NCBI GenBank assembly: GCA_027488815.1
Contig: JAIYAX010000023.1
Location: forward strand, 38,910-102,909
Reading direction: 5' to 3'
DNA length: 64,000 bases
DNA from: Cytophagaceae bacterium
GTDB lineage: Bacteria > Bacteroidota > Bacteroidia > Cytophagales > JAIYAX01
Under the pieces are notes generated by a model, which saw nothing but the letters and a program-made list of their open reading frames with translations, was not told the DNA's origin and searched no databases. A program made the position numbers and the translations under genes. Within the stretch, counting starts at the first letter, position 1; each line of letters opens with the position of its first letter. Shown one piece after another: positions 19,057-30,100 of the stretch.

Positions 19057-19950
19057 ATGTCATTATCAGCAACTTACCCACTTTCAACAACAGATACCAG
19101 AGCATACCTCTCACTGGCCAAACCTAGACTAAGTTCACTTGTTGTTTTTTCGGCCGTCATAGGTTACATACTTGCTTCTGATATTGAAGCAATTAATGGT
19201 TGGGCACTTCTGGCATTTGGAGTAGGAAGCTTCTTAATCACCGCCTCAGCCAATACCATCAATCAAATTGCAGAGATAGATCTTGATAAGCTGATGACCC
19301 GTACATGCATGAGGCCTTTACCAACGGGTAGGCTAAGTGTTACGCAAGCCGTATTGTTCACTTTGGTTACAGGATTTGCCGGACTGGCTTTGCTGATGTT
19401 TTTCACCAATTTCCTGACGGTTTTATTTGCTTTTCTTTCATTGGTCCTCTATGCTTTTGTGTACACCCCACTCAAGAAGGTTAGCAATCTGGCCGTACCG
19501 GTTGGAGCCATACCTGGGGCATTACCTCCCCTGATTGGCTGGATCGCAGTGACAGGACATTTGGGAGTTGAAGCCTTTATATTATTTGCAATTCAGTTTA
19601 TCTGGCAGTTTCCACATTTTTGGGCAATCGCATGGGTGCTCGATGATGATTATAAAAAAGCAGGATTCAGACTGCTCCCCGGAAACGGTGGGCGTGATGT
19701 GAACACGGCATTACAGATCATGATTTATACCCTTTGGTTGATCCCGTTTGGTTTAATGCCCCTGTTTTTCGGGATCAGTGGACCCATTTCTGCATTGATC
19801 GCAACCCTGGCCGGTAGCTTTTTTTTAGCCCTGACTTTTCATTTGATGAAAGACTGCTCCAGTAAATCTGCCAAACGAATCATGTTTGCTTCATTTATAT
19901 ACTTACCGGTGGTTCAGATTTCATTTTTACTAGATAAGATCGGCTCATGA
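19057..19950 (+). CDS. cyoE: Heme O synthase (protoheme IX farnesyltransferase)
   Basis: KPRL, DKLMTRTCMRPLP, YTPLKK, WQFPHFWAIAW, DYKKAG. Confidence 0.96.
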   Translation: MSLSATYPLSTTDTRAYLSLAKPRLSSLVVFSAVIGYILASDIEAINGWALLAFGVGSFLITASANTINQIAEIDLDKLMTRTCMRPLPTGRLSVTQAVLFTLVTGFAGLALLMFFTNFLTVLFAFLSLVLYAFVYTPLKKVSNLAVPVGAIPGALPPLIGWIAVTGHLGVEAFILFAIQFIWQFPHFWAIAWVLDDDYKKAGFRLLPGNGGRDVNTALQIMIYTLWLIPFGLMPLFFGISGPISALIATLAGSFFLALTFHLMKDCSSKSAKRIMFASFIYLPVVQISFLLDKIGS

Positions 19951-20522
19951 CAACTCAGACCTTGGAGAAAAACTCCACCAGTTTTTCAATGCATCCTAAA
20001 AAGTTTGCATTGTGGCTATTTATTGTTTCGGTCATCATGATTTTTGCATCCCTGACCAGTGCCTATATCGTAAGACAGTCTGAAGGCAATTGGGTACAAT
20101 TTGAGCTTCCGGCCGGATTTTATTTTAGTTCTGTACTCATTGTAGTGAGCTCAGTTTTTATGCATCTTGCTTATTTATCGGCTAAAAAAGACCTTTTTAA
20201 AAGAACACAAGCTCTTCTTTTACTTACTGCATTAAGTGGAGTAGTGTTCATGTTTCTGCAATGGCGTGGGTGGTCTGAGTTGGTGGCTCAGGAGATCTTT
20301 TTTGTTGGAAACCCCTCAGGGTCATTTGTTTATGTGATTTCCGGATTGCATGCCGTGCATATCGTTAGTGCTATCATATTTGTATTGGTAGTTGTATACC
20401 AATCCCGGAAGCAAATGGTTCACAGTAAGTCACTGAATTCCATAGAAATGTGTCTTACTTTCTGGCACTTTTTGGGAGGCCTTTGGTTATATCTCTTTCT
20501 CTTTTTAGTTTTAAACCGTTAA
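19947..20522 (+). CDS. Cytochrome c oxidase subunit III-like, part 1
   Basis: WLFIVS, SGLHAVH, FWHFL. Confidence 0.88.
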   Translation: MTTQTLEKNSTSFSMHPKKFALWLFIVSVIMIFASLTSAYIVRQSEGNWVQFELPAGFYFSSVLIVVSSVFMHLAYLSAKKDLFKRTQALLLLTALSGVVFMFLQWRGWSELVAQEIFFVGNPSGSFVYVISGLHAVHIVSAIIFVLVVVYQSRKQMVHSKSLNSIEMCLTFWHFLGGLWLYLFLFLVLNR

Positions 20523-20541
20523 AAAAAACCATTCACCCGAC

Positions 20542-21321
20542 ATGGCTCATAATACTGTTACCCTAGATCAACCAGGTTCTGAGATTCAGGCAGAAATAGC
20601 AAATAGCCCGCTAAGGGTCAGCTATGGAAAACTGATGATGTGGTTCTTCCTGCTATCTGATGCATTCACGTTTTCAGCACTGCTGGTGACCTATGGTCTC
20701 ATCAGATACAGTCATCCTGCTTATGATCCTGAGATCCATGGAGCAGTTTTTCAGTTCTCAACTACTTACTGGCCTTTGCCTGAATACGTATTTGCAGGGG
20801 TACCTTTCCTACATGGTATTCACCTTCCATTGGTGTTTGTAGGTATTATGACATTTATCCTTATCCTTTCCAGCGTTACGATGGTGTTGGCTGTGGAGGC
20901 CGGTCATCGAATGGATCAGGCAGATGTAGAAAAATGGATGCTTTGGACGATTTTGGGAGGGATTGCTTTCTTAAGCTGTCAGGCATGGGAGTGGACACAC
21001 TTTATTTTAGGAGAAGGTCAGGGGACAGTTGTTAAGGATTTTGTCAATGGCCAATGGGTTGAAAAAAACGTAATAGGGGCAGGCCTAAAGGAAAACCAGT
21101 ATGGGCCTCCTGCTTTCGCTGATTTGTTTTTCTTTATCACCGGATTTCATGGAACCCACGTATTTAGCGGGGTGCTGCTTAACATTTTGATCTTTTACAA
21201 TACAACCGTAGGCGTATATGCCAGAAGAGGGCATTATGAAATGGTTGAAAAGGTTGGTTTGTACTGGCACTTTGTAGACTTAGTATGGGTCTTTGTTTTT
21301 ACCTTCTTTTACCTTATTTGA
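20542..21321 (+). CDS. Cytochrome c oxidase subunit III-like, part 2
   Basis: MWFFLLSD, TGFHGTHV, GLYWHFVDLVW. Confidence 0.9.
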   Translation: MAHNTVTLDQPGSEIQAEIANSPLRVSYGKLMMWFFLLSDAFTFSALLVTYGLIRYSHPAYDPEIHGAVFQFSTTYWPLPEYVFAGVPFLHGIHLPLVFVGIMTFILILSSVTMVLAVEAGHRMDQADVEKWMLWTILGGIAFLSCQAWEWTHFILGEGQGTVVKDFVNGQWVEKNVIGAGLKENQYGPPAFADLFFFITGFHGTHVFSGVLLNILIFYNTTVGVYARRGHYEMVEKVGLYWHFVDLVWVFVFTFFYLI

Positions 21322-21343
21322 TATTTAATAGTTTTCTGAACCT

Positions 21344-21661
21344 ATGGCACATACAGAAGTTAATCACGGCACCGGAGAAGTTGCAAAGCCACAAACCAAG
21401 AGGATTTGGCAGGTATTTATGATACTATCTGCTGTAACGGCACTTGAATTTATCATCGCATTGGGCTTCGATTGGCCACATGGTTTGAAAGCAGCGATTT
21501 TTATAGGAATGACAATAGTAAAGGCTTTCTACATAGTTGCTGACTTCATGCACCTTAAACATGAAGTAAAGGTGCTGATCTGGAGTATCATATTACCGAT
21601 GCTGTTCGTTGCCTGGCTTTTGCTGGCACTGCTGCTCGAAGGAGATTATATGCTTAACTAA
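21344..21661 (+). CDS. Cytochrome c oxidase subunit IV family protein
   Basis: KAFYIVADFMHLKHE, three transmembrane segments. Confidence 0.85.
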   Translation: MAHTEVNHGTGEVAKPQTKRIWQVFMILSAVTALEFIIALGFDWPHGLKAAIFIGMTIVKAFYIVADFMHLKHEVKVLIWSIILPMLFVAWLLLALLLEGDYMLN

Positions 21662-21680
21662 CCTAAGGGTTAGCTCAAGC

Positions 21681-22253
21681 ATGAAAGTAGGTAAGGTTCT
21701 GTTGCTTCTTGTATTACTTGGAGCCCCGGTCCTTACCTATGTTTTTTTAAAGTCATTTGGCAAGAATTACTACGACCTGCCACGCTATAATCCCTCAGCA
21801 ATAACAAATACCGGTGATACAATTTATGCCACTTTGCCTACTGAGCTGGCATCAGTGGTGTTTCAAAAAGGGAAGTCCATTTATGTGTTGAATGCCTCCT
21901 TTGACTCCTGTGAGAACAGTTCCATTTCAAAATCGGTAAGTAGGGTGCTGGATTTTTTTCAAGAAGATAAAGCCGTTGCAATTCAATTCTTCGCAGATAG
22001 CATTCAGCCCAATCGCTTGTTAACTATTCAATCCATAGACCTAGGATATGAAAAGAGCAGGCTACTCTCTGACTTTCTGTTTGGTTTTGAATTACCCCTT
22101 TCAATTCTTAAGAACGAAACTATTCCAAACTGCCAGCGGTTAATATTAATGGATGGCAAAGGATATATCAGGGGGGTTTATGCCATTGAAACTATGGAAG
22201 AAGCAGATCGCCTCATTTTAGAGATTAAAGTATTAAAGTCACAACTGAATTGA
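21681..22253 (+). CDS. Degenerate SCO/SenC-like protein
   Basis: N-terminal TM, FGKNYYDLP, LILMDGKGYIRGVY...LILEIKVL C-terminus typical of SCO; lacks CxxxC. Confidence 0.65.
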   Translation: MKVGKVLLLLVLLGAPVLTYVFLKSFGKNYYDLPRYNPSAITNTGDTIYATLPTELASVVFQKGKSIYVLNASFDSCENSSISKSVSRVLDFFQEDKAVAIQFFADSIQPNRLLTIQSIDLGYEKSRLLSDFLFGFELPLSILKNETIPNCQRLILMDGKGYIRGVYAIETMEEADRLILEIKVLKSQLN

Positions 22254-22255
22254 AC

Positions 22256-22804
22256 ATGTCAGAACCTGTCTTGACACAAAAAGGTCATCATCGATTTAAA
22301 ATGCTTATATGGGTACTTTCACTTGCGATTCCGCTTGTTGTAGGTGTACTTATGATCATGCCAAAACAAGATGGTTTTAAAGCTTTTGATCCAAAGGTAT
22401 TGCCACATCTGAATGCTGTAATCAACTCATTGACTTCGGTTTGTCTTCTGGCAGGGCTATACTTTATTAAACGAAAGGACGAAGACCGTCACCGTATGTC
22501 CATGATGAGTGCATTCGTACTTTCAAGTGTGTTTCTGATTTCCTATGTATTTTACCACACTTTTGTACCTTCTACAGCCTTTGGTGGGGAAGGCTGGATC
22601 AGACCCTTTTATTACTTTGTTTTAATCTCACATATCCTTTTGGCAGTGGTTGTAGTACCGCTAGTATTGCTAGCCTTGTACTATGCATTTACCCGTCAGA
22701 TTGTAAAACATAAAAAGATCGTTAAATTCACCTATCCGGTTTGGTTGTATGTTGCCATCACTGGAGTTGCTGTTTATGTCTTAATCAGCCCTTATTACAC
22801 ATGA
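22256..22804 (+). CDS. DUF420 (CtaM-like) oxidase assembly membrane protein
   Basis: LPHLNAVIN, HR..M, FLISYV, LISHILL, HKKI..FTYPVWLYVAITG. Confidence 0.88.
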   Translation: MSEPVLTQKGHHRFKMLIWVLSLAIPLVVGVLMIMPKQDGFKAFDPKVLPHLNAVINSLTSVCLLAGLYFIKRKDEDRHRMSMMSAFVLSSVFLISYVFYHTFVPSTAFGGEGWIRPFYYFVLISHILLAVVVVPLVLLALYYAFTRQIVKHKKIVKFTYPVWLYVAITGVAVYVLISPYYT

Positions 22805-23091
22805 AAAAAGCTATTGCTGTAATCTTCATTATCATAGTATCTGGTCTTCTCCAACCCACATACATGATGGCGCAGTGTGCTATGTGCAGAGCAAGTGTTG
22901 AAACTCATATCAGCACCGGTGAAGATCGAATAGGACTTGGGCTGAATACCGGGATTTTATACCTGATGGTTACCCCTTATTTGGTCTTGACAGTTATTGG
23001 TTACCTTTGGTATAGGCAATCTAGAAAGGAATATGAGCAAAAACTCAGGGTTAAAAGCATTGTTGAATCAAAAGTGTCCCAGATGCCGTAA
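22801..23091 (+). CDS. Small membrane protein with AQCAMC motif
   Basis: Signal-like N-terminus, AQCAMCRA, GLNTGILYLM..PY; ATG overlaps the DUF420 stop. Confidence 0.8.
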   Translation: MKKAIAVIFIIIVSGLLQPTYMMAQCAMCRASVETHISTGEDRIGLGLNTGILYLMVTPYLVLTVIGYLWYRQSRKEYEQKLRVKSIVESKVSQMP

Positions 23092-23425
23092 GGGCGATAT
23101 TTTCGAATTTCCTGTTTTTCATTACCTGAAGTTCATGCGAATGCACCCTACCTGCCCCTCTTGTGGGCTAAGGTATGAGGTAGAACCGGGGTTCTTTTTT
23201 CTGAGCATGTATGTAAGTTATGCAATTACGGTAGGTGTTTCCCTTTTCATTGGTGCTGTCTTGCTATTTGCAGTTGAAGATGCTTCACTATGGTTGTATA
23301 TCTTCATCCCACCTGCGGTTTTACTGATTTTACTTCCTTTTACTTTTCGTATTTCAAGGCTTTTGATGATCTATGTGTTTTCAGGATATAGATTCGACCC
23401 TGAACAAAATCAAAACCCTACCTGA
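23033..23425 (+). CDS. DUF983-like zinc-ribbon membrane protein
   Basis: KCPRCRKG, CPSCGLRYEVEPGFF..SMYVSYA. Confidence 0.85.
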   Translation: MSKNSGLKALLNQKCPRCRKGDIFEFPVFHYLKFMRMHPTCPSCGLRYEVEPGFFFLSMYVSYAITVGVSLFIGAVLLFAVEDASLWLYIFIPPAVLLILLPFTFRISRLLMIYVFSGYRFDPEQNQNPT

Positions 23426-23443
23426 GTTAGCCCTCTCAGGCCT

Positions 23444-26400
23444 ATGAAATCCAGCATTTATATAAGGATTGCCTTAGTATATCTGCTGGTATACGCCTTC
23501 CTCTATTTTCTGCTGTCCAGCTTTTATGGGAGACAATCAACCAGTCAAGTGGCTGGCATGGTTCAAAAGAAAGTAAATGGACTCATTCAAAATGCTTTTA
23601 CAGGACAAGAGTCATTTCTTGAGCTGCTAAAAACCAGTACCTCCGGCATCGACTACAGCCAATTGCCAAAACAGGAGAATATTGAGCTCCTCATTTATCG
23701 AAACGGCACCCTTGTATTTTGGAATGGGAATAAGATAAGTCCTCCCGATGAACTCATGAGAGGAGGTGAGCCGGTAAGGGTGTATGAAGAGGGTGGGAAT
23801 AAGTTTATTCTGATCTCTAAAGTTTATGTCACACCGTTTAATAGCTACAAAGTCGTACAGGCCATCCACTTGTACAGCCGGTTGCCAATCAGTAACAGGT
23901 ATGTGAGAACCGGGCCAGATGAGGCTGTATTTGGGCCCCTTAAGTTTTACATCGGGTATTCTCAGGCAGAAGATTTCTATCCGGTGAAATACAAGGATAA
24001 GGTCTTGTTTTATGTCTATTCCTTGAACTCCGGCACAGAAGTACTTAGCAATGAACAGCTTTTGTTACAGCTTTTGGTGTTTTGGTTGATTAGTTTCCTC
24101 TTCACAGCGGCCTTGTTTTTTGCTTTCAGAAAAGGGAACGATAAGCCTGTTGTGAAAGCATTGGTGCTTGTTCTTGTGCTTTTGTCCATCAGGATAGGAA
24201 TGCTGGCCAATGGCTTCCCATCGGCATATGTGACGTGGCCTGCATTTGATTCAAGGTTTTTTGCCAGTTCATTCATCAATCCCACTTTTGGGGATCTCCT
24301 GATCAACTTGCTCATCGCTTTGATCCTGCTTCGCTTTTTATTTAACCGGTCAAAGCAGTTTTCTTCTCCCGGGTATTGGTTTGGTGGCTCATTTTGGCCG
24401 AGCATAAGCCTTCAGGTGTTGGCAATGATGATACCTCTGGCTGGAGGTTGGCTGGGTTACGATATTCTCTACAGCATAGCTAAAAATTCAGCAGCAGTCA
24501 ATGATGTAACCATGTCACTAACCATTACTCCTTTGAGGATAATGATGAAGTTGACCTTCCTGCCTGTAGCTTATTTGTTTTTTTTATGTCTGCAGATATC
24601 AGGGCATTTGCAAGATCGTATTAAGCCGATGGCAAGAAAACAATTCTTGTATGGAGCTCTGGTACTCATTATTTGCCTGGTTGGATTGCTTACTCAGCGG
24701 ATGGAATGGATCATTGTTTTAGTGGTCATCTCCGTGGTCATGTTCTTGAGTGCTAACTTCAAGATGCATAGAGAGACTTCAACCCTCAATTTCCGGTCCT
24801 ATGTATATTATACCATGGTGGTGCTTTGCATATCTGCTTTTGGAGGTCTGGCTCATACATTGGCTACTCTTGAAAGGGAACGATTTGATAAAAAGAAATT
24901 TGGTGAAACACTGCTTTCGGAAAACGACATCATCACGGAGTTTTACCTCAACGATGCCCGAAATTCGATCAGAAAAGATGCCTACATCATCAATCGCTTT
25001 TTGTACCCATTGGTGCGTAAAGACCTGATAGAAGGGAAAATCAAAAGGGTGCATTTGCCTTCCTATTTCAGTAAGTATGATTTTCATTTAAGTCTCTTTG
25101 ACCCATCTGGAAATCCCTTTCCTGAAAATGAAATTCAGGAGAATTATTTTCAATACCGTAGCAGGCTGGTGAAAGGTGATAATTCGACAGACTTTGAAGA
25201 TGTGTACTACATCAACTACCTGGGTAGGCAACAGTTGAGGAAATTCTATTGCTGCATTCCCATTTCAACACGGAACTTGTCTTTAGGATACATGATCATG
25301 GAGCTAAGGGTGGGCACATCAGCTGAGTATAGTGTTTACCCTGAACTTCTAATTGATGAACGATTTGGAAGCCTTAGCAAATCATCCAGTTTTTCATTTG
25401 CAGTCTTTCAAAATGAAGGCCTCGCTTGGGTTTCAGGGGAGTTTCAAAAGGCTTCATGGCTTACGAAAGAGCTGCTTTCCAGCCCGGTTTTTTATGAGTT
25501 AGGAATAGTAAAAGACGATCAACACTATCTGGCAGTCAAAGGACCTCAGAACAAAGTGGTGGTCATTACTTCCCGCTATGGACTTTGGAACAGTTTCTAT
25601 TCCAATTTTTCTTTCTATCTGTTTAACGCTGTTCTTATTTTGTTTTTGCTGCTCCTCGTAGGTTGGCTGTATTATTACAGCAGGGGATTGCCGTTTAACT
25701 TTTCTACCCGGATACAGCTTTATTTGAACCTTTACTTCCTGTTGCCATCGATTATTTTAAGCGTGTTTATCATTGGGATCATTGCGAAAGGATACCAGGA
25801 AGAGCTTATTAGTTCCTTCCAGAAACGGGCAGAGGTCATTGCCAGCGACTTTGAAAGCAGTCTCCAGGATTATCTGGATGGGCAAAGCAATGTAGGGAAG
25901 TTGGAGAACGAGTTAACCCAGATCAGCAATTACAATAGTTGCGATATCAACTTGTATAGCACATCAGGACGATTGCTGATCAGTACTGAGCCTTTGCTTA
26001 TCAAATACGGGCTCAACTCCAGCCTGATTAATCCGCTTGCCTATTTTAATATTTTCAGCAACGGGTTACCATCCATCACCATGAAAGAGCGAATTGGACG
26101 GCTGAATTACTATGCTGTATACCTTCCCCTGCGCTCCACACAAAACAATACCATCTTAGGGATCATCAGCATTCCGTTTTTTGAGGCCAGTGATGAATAT
26201 GAACGAGAGCTTATTCGGGTGGTAAACTCTGTTTTGAACCTATTCGCTGGTATCTTTTTGCTTTTTGCTCTTACTTCCTTTTTTATCACAAGCAATCTCC
26301 TTCAACCACTCAGGCTTATTGGCGGCACCTTACGAAAAACATCTCTGGAAGGGAAAAACCTGCCCCTTGACTGGCCTGTAAAAGACGAGATTGGCAAATT

Positions 26401-27136
26401 GGTTGAAGAGTACAACCGAATGATTTCCAATCTGGACGAGAGTAAAAAATTGCTGGCCAGGACAGAAAAGGAATCGGCGTGGCGTGAGATGGCTCAGCAA
26501 GTAGCCCACGAAATTAAAAATCCACTTACCCCGATGAAACTAAAGCTGCAGACCCTGCAAAGGCAAGCAGCGATGGGTGATCCTGCTTTCAACGACCGTG
26601 CAAAAGATACCATCGCTCTGCTGCTGGAGCAAATAGACAATCTGGCCAATATCGCCAGTTCGTTTTATGACTTTGCACGAATGCCTACCCCGGTGCTCGA
26701 ACCCTTTGATCTGGTTCAGGTCGCCCATAATACAGTGAGCTTACACAACAATACCGAGCGGCAGTTCGTTGCATTTAACTCTAACCGTGAGCAATGCATT
26801 GTCAACGGTGACGAAAAACTTATGGGGCAAATCATTTCAAACCTCATCATTAATGCTTTGCAGTCCATCCCAACCGGAAGGGTGCCTAAGATCGCTGTAA
26901 GCATCAATGGAGATAAAGGCAGGCTAGTTCTCACTGTTGAAGACAATGGATCAGGTATACCTGAAAACATTCGTGATAAGGTGTTTTTACCCAACTTTAG
27001 CACCAAGTACTATGGCTCAGGAATTGGGCTGGCTCTCGCAAAACGAGGGGTTGAAAGTGCAGGGGGCAGCATTTACTTTAAAACCCGGGAAGACCTGGGA
27101 ACCACCTTTTTTATAGAATTGCCTTTGGGGCAGTGA
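23444..27136 (+). CDS. Large multi-TM sensor histidine kinase (NtrY-like, HAMP-HisKA-HATPase)
   Basis: DEIGKLV..YN, AWREMAQQVAHEIKNPLTP, NLIINA, DNGSGI, FSTK..GSGIGL. Confidence 0.92.
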   Translation: MKSSIYIRIALVYLLVYAFLYFLLSSFYGRQSTSQVAGMVQKKVNGLIQNAFTGQESFLELLKTSTSGIDYSQLPKQENIELLIYRNGTLVFWNGNKISPPDELMRGGEPVRVYEEGGNKFILISKVYVTPFNSYKVVQAIHLYSRLPISNRYVRTGPDEAVFGPLKFYIGYSQAEDFYPVKYKDKVLFYVYSLNSGTEVLSNEQLLLQLLVFWLISFLFTAALFFAFRKGNDKPVVKALVLVLVLLSIRIGMLANGFPSAYVTWPAFDSRFFASSFINPTFGDLLINLLIALILLRFLFNRSKQFSSPGYWFGGSFWPSISLQVLAMMIPLAGGWLGYDILYSIAKNSAAVNDVTMSLTITPLRIMMKLTFLPVAYLFFLCLQISGHLQDRIKPMARKQFLYGALVLIICLVGLLTQRMEWIIVLVVISVVMFLSANFKMHRETSTLNFRSYVYYTMVVLCISAFGGLAHTLATLERERFDKKKFGETLLSENDIITEFYLNDARNSIRKDAYIINRFLYPLVRKDLIEGKIKRVHLPSYFSKYDFHLSLFDPSGNPFPENEIQENYFQYRSRLVKGDNSTDFEDVYYINYLGRQQLRKFYCCIPISTRNLSLGYMIMELRVGTSAEYSVYPELLIDERFGSLSKSSSFSFAVFQNEGLAWVSGEFQKASWLTKELLSSPVFYELGIVKDDQHYLAVKGPQNKVVVITSRYGLWNSFYSNFSFYLFNAVLILFLLLLVGWLYYYSRGLPFNFSTRIQLYLNLYFLLPSIILSVFIIGIIAKGYQEELISSFQKRAEVIASDFESSLQDYLDGQSNVGKLENELTQISNYNSCDINLYSTSGRLLISTEPLLIKYGLNSSLINPLAYFNIFSNGLPSITMKERIGRLNYYAVYLPLRSTQNNTILGIISIPFFEASDEYERELIRVVNSVLNLFAGIFLLFALTSFFITSNLLQPLRLIGGTLRKTSLEGKNLPLDWPVKDEIGKLVEEYNRMISNLDESKKLLARTEKESAWREMAQQVAHEIKNPLTPMKLKLQTLQRQAAMGDPAFNDRAKDTIALLLEQIDNLANIASSFYDFARMPTPVLEPFDLVQVAHNTVSLHNNTERQFVAFNSNREQCIVNGDEKLMGQIISNLIINALQSIPTGRVPKIAVSINGDKGRLVLTVEDNGSGIPENIRDKVFLPNFSTKYYGSGIGLALAKRGVESAGGSIYFKTREDLGTTFFIELPLGQ

Positions 27137-30100
27137 TGTGCATTTACAAAAAGTGGATTTGGTTTTTAGGCTTAGCACTGGCAACTGCACCTCAGGCTTT
27201 TGCTCAGCAAGCCGGTATCGTCATCAAAAAAGTTCCTGTCATTACTTTCCCGCAGTCATTGGGAGAATATACTCTGGTGCCGGGCAGCTTGAGGCTTATT
27301 TCAGACTGTGACACCCTTCTCAAGTATCGAGTAGATCTGGACCAAAACAGCATTGTATTTACTGATCCTGCTGGTTGTGACAGTGTAACCTTGAGTTACC
27401 GGGTTCTTTCCGTAAATCTCACCAAACCCCAAAGCCTCCGCTCCATAACGGCCTATGACAGCCTGCCGGTCTTTAAGGAGCAAGCCTATGGGTCACAAGA
27501 GTACCTCACAGAAAGGAAAGAGGAGTTGTTTGGCCTCGGGGGACTTCAAAAAACAGGTAACATCACCAGAGGTATTTCATTTGGTAATACGCAGGATGTA
27601 TTCGTCAATTCCTTACTCAACCTGCAATTGGAGGGTCGCATCAGCGATGACCTGACCCTTACGGCTGCCATTTCAGATCAGAATGTTCCTTTCCAGCCGG
27701 AAGGTAATACTCAGCAACTTCAGGAGTTTGACCGTGTGTACATTCAACTTGACCATAACAAAGGGAGGCTCACGGCAGGAGATCTGGTGATGAAAAACAG
27801 GGAGGGTCATTTTCTTCGATATTTCAAAAACGTACAGGGAGGGCAGTTTACTGTAAGGAGCAAACCTTGGTCAGGTCAAAAGGCCGAAACGACCGCAGGA
27901 GCAGCCATCGCAAAGGGAAAATTTTCATCGCAGGTAGTGCCAGTTATTGAGGGGGTGCTGGGTCCTTATCGCCTGAGAGGGCCAAACAACGAACGTTTTA
28001 TCATTGTGATTGCCAACTCCGAGAAAGTATTTCTGGATGGGAAACAGCTCATACGAGGTTTTGACTATGACTATGTGATTGATTACAACCAGGGTGAAAT
28101 CACTTTTTCTAACCGAATATTAATAACCCAATTCTCCAGGGTAAGAGTGGATTTTGAATTTGCAGAACGGAATTACTCCAGAACCATAACTCAGGCTGCT
28201 CACTATCAGCAATCTGAGAAGGTTGACCTTTATTTCAATATCTATCGGGAAGCGGATAATCCGAGAAATCCTTTAACCACAGAACTATCAGAGGAAGATA
28301 AAATCCGGCTGAGGGCATCAGGCGACAATCTTTTGAATGCTTTTGGCTCAGGTATTGACAGCACCGGTTTTATTGAGCGGCAGGTGATGTACCGCAGAGT
28401 GGATAGTCTGGTGGTAGGCCAATTGTATCAGGTTTTTGTTTACGATACAGACCCTGCTTCAGCTGTTTTTCGACTCAGTTTTACTGAAGTAGGAGTAGGC
28501 AAGGGTAATTATGTACTGGCACAAACGCTTGCATCAGGAAGGGTCTATCGCTGGGTTGCACCTGTTGCAGGGATCGCCCAGGGCAACTTCGAACCCTTAA
28601 GGCTTTTACCTACTCCCAAAGAGTTGGGAATGGCTACTCTTGGTGTGGTGTTGAGATCAGGCAAAAACCATCAGTTTTTTGCAGAAGCAGCCGCTTCAAG
28701 AAATGATCTCAATCGCTTCTCAGACCTTGATGCCGGAGACGATCAAGGAACTGCGATCAAAGCAGGTTATCAAAGTCAGGCCCCGGTTTCCATCGGTAGG
28801 GGGTACCAGTTTTCTGGTCTGATCAATGCTGAATTTAACCAAAAGAACTTTCGATTTGTTGATCGCCTAAGATCGATTGAATTTGACAGGGACTGGAGTG
28901 CTGATCCAAAATCAACAGGCTATCTGGCTGATGAGCATATTGGTCAGGCAAGCCTATTGATACAAAAAGACCCTTCCAATCGACTGATGTTTGAAAGCAT
29001 ATTCAGACAAAGGGGCTCCGAAGTAAACGGTATGCAGCAAAAGTTAAATCTAAACAAGTCTTGGTGGAGGTTTCAGCAAGGCACAGAACTGTTTTACATG
29101 TCAAACGATCAGGGGAAGCAATATAGCCGCTGGTTGAGACTTAGTCAGGACCTGCACCTGAGAGGAAAATGGATCGTTCCAGGTTATCAATACCAGATCG
29201 ATCAAAATGTGGTCAGAAACAGAGCGACCGATAGTGTCCTTTTTACCGCAATGAACTTCGAAGAGCATCGGATTTATCTTCGTTCAGCGGACAGCAGCTC
29301 TTTTATGTACCTGGCTGACTATGCGATACGTTACGATCAGGCACCTTTGGAAGGCAGACTCCAGCGTGCAAACCGATCAGAGACTGCCAATTTTCGCTTG
29401 CGCAGTACTAGCCTTAAATCGCAGGAAGTCAATACCACTTTCACCTATCGTAAACTAGAAACCCTAACCCAAAGCAGCAATCAAAGGGCAGAGGAAACGA
29501 TCATGGGCAGGTTTGACTGGCTAGGTTCATTTTTTAAGCAAAGTTTACGAACGGAGTTGACTTATGCCCTAGGGACAGGTCGAGAACTGAGACGTGAATT
29601 TGTTTACCTGGCTGTTCCCATCGGCGAAGGCACCCATTTCTGGAGAGACCTCAATGGAAATAATGTACAGGAGCTTGATGAATTTTTCCCTGCTGTGACA
29701 AGTGATCAGCGCCAGTTTATCAGGCTTTTTGTTCCTACAGATGAGTACATCACTGCTTATACCAACTCATTGATTTACCGTCTCACCTACAATTTGCCAA
29801 GCTCATGGCGAACAAAGGGTTGGTTCAAAAAGCAATTTTCTAAGCTTTCGACAGTGTCATCCATCAGCCTTGAGAACAGAGTAACCAACCCCTTGCCTGA
29901 GTTTAGGTACAATCCTTTTGTAGCTATGAGTACATCACAATCCGGTCTCCTCAGCCGTACTCAAAACACAAGAGCAACAGTGTTTTACAACCGGTCAAAT
30001 CCATCCTATGGTGCTGATCTGGCATGGAGCAGGGTAGAGCAGCGCAATCTGATCACAGGTGGTTTTGAAGGCAGAGCCATAAGCGAGCAGCGCATCGGTC

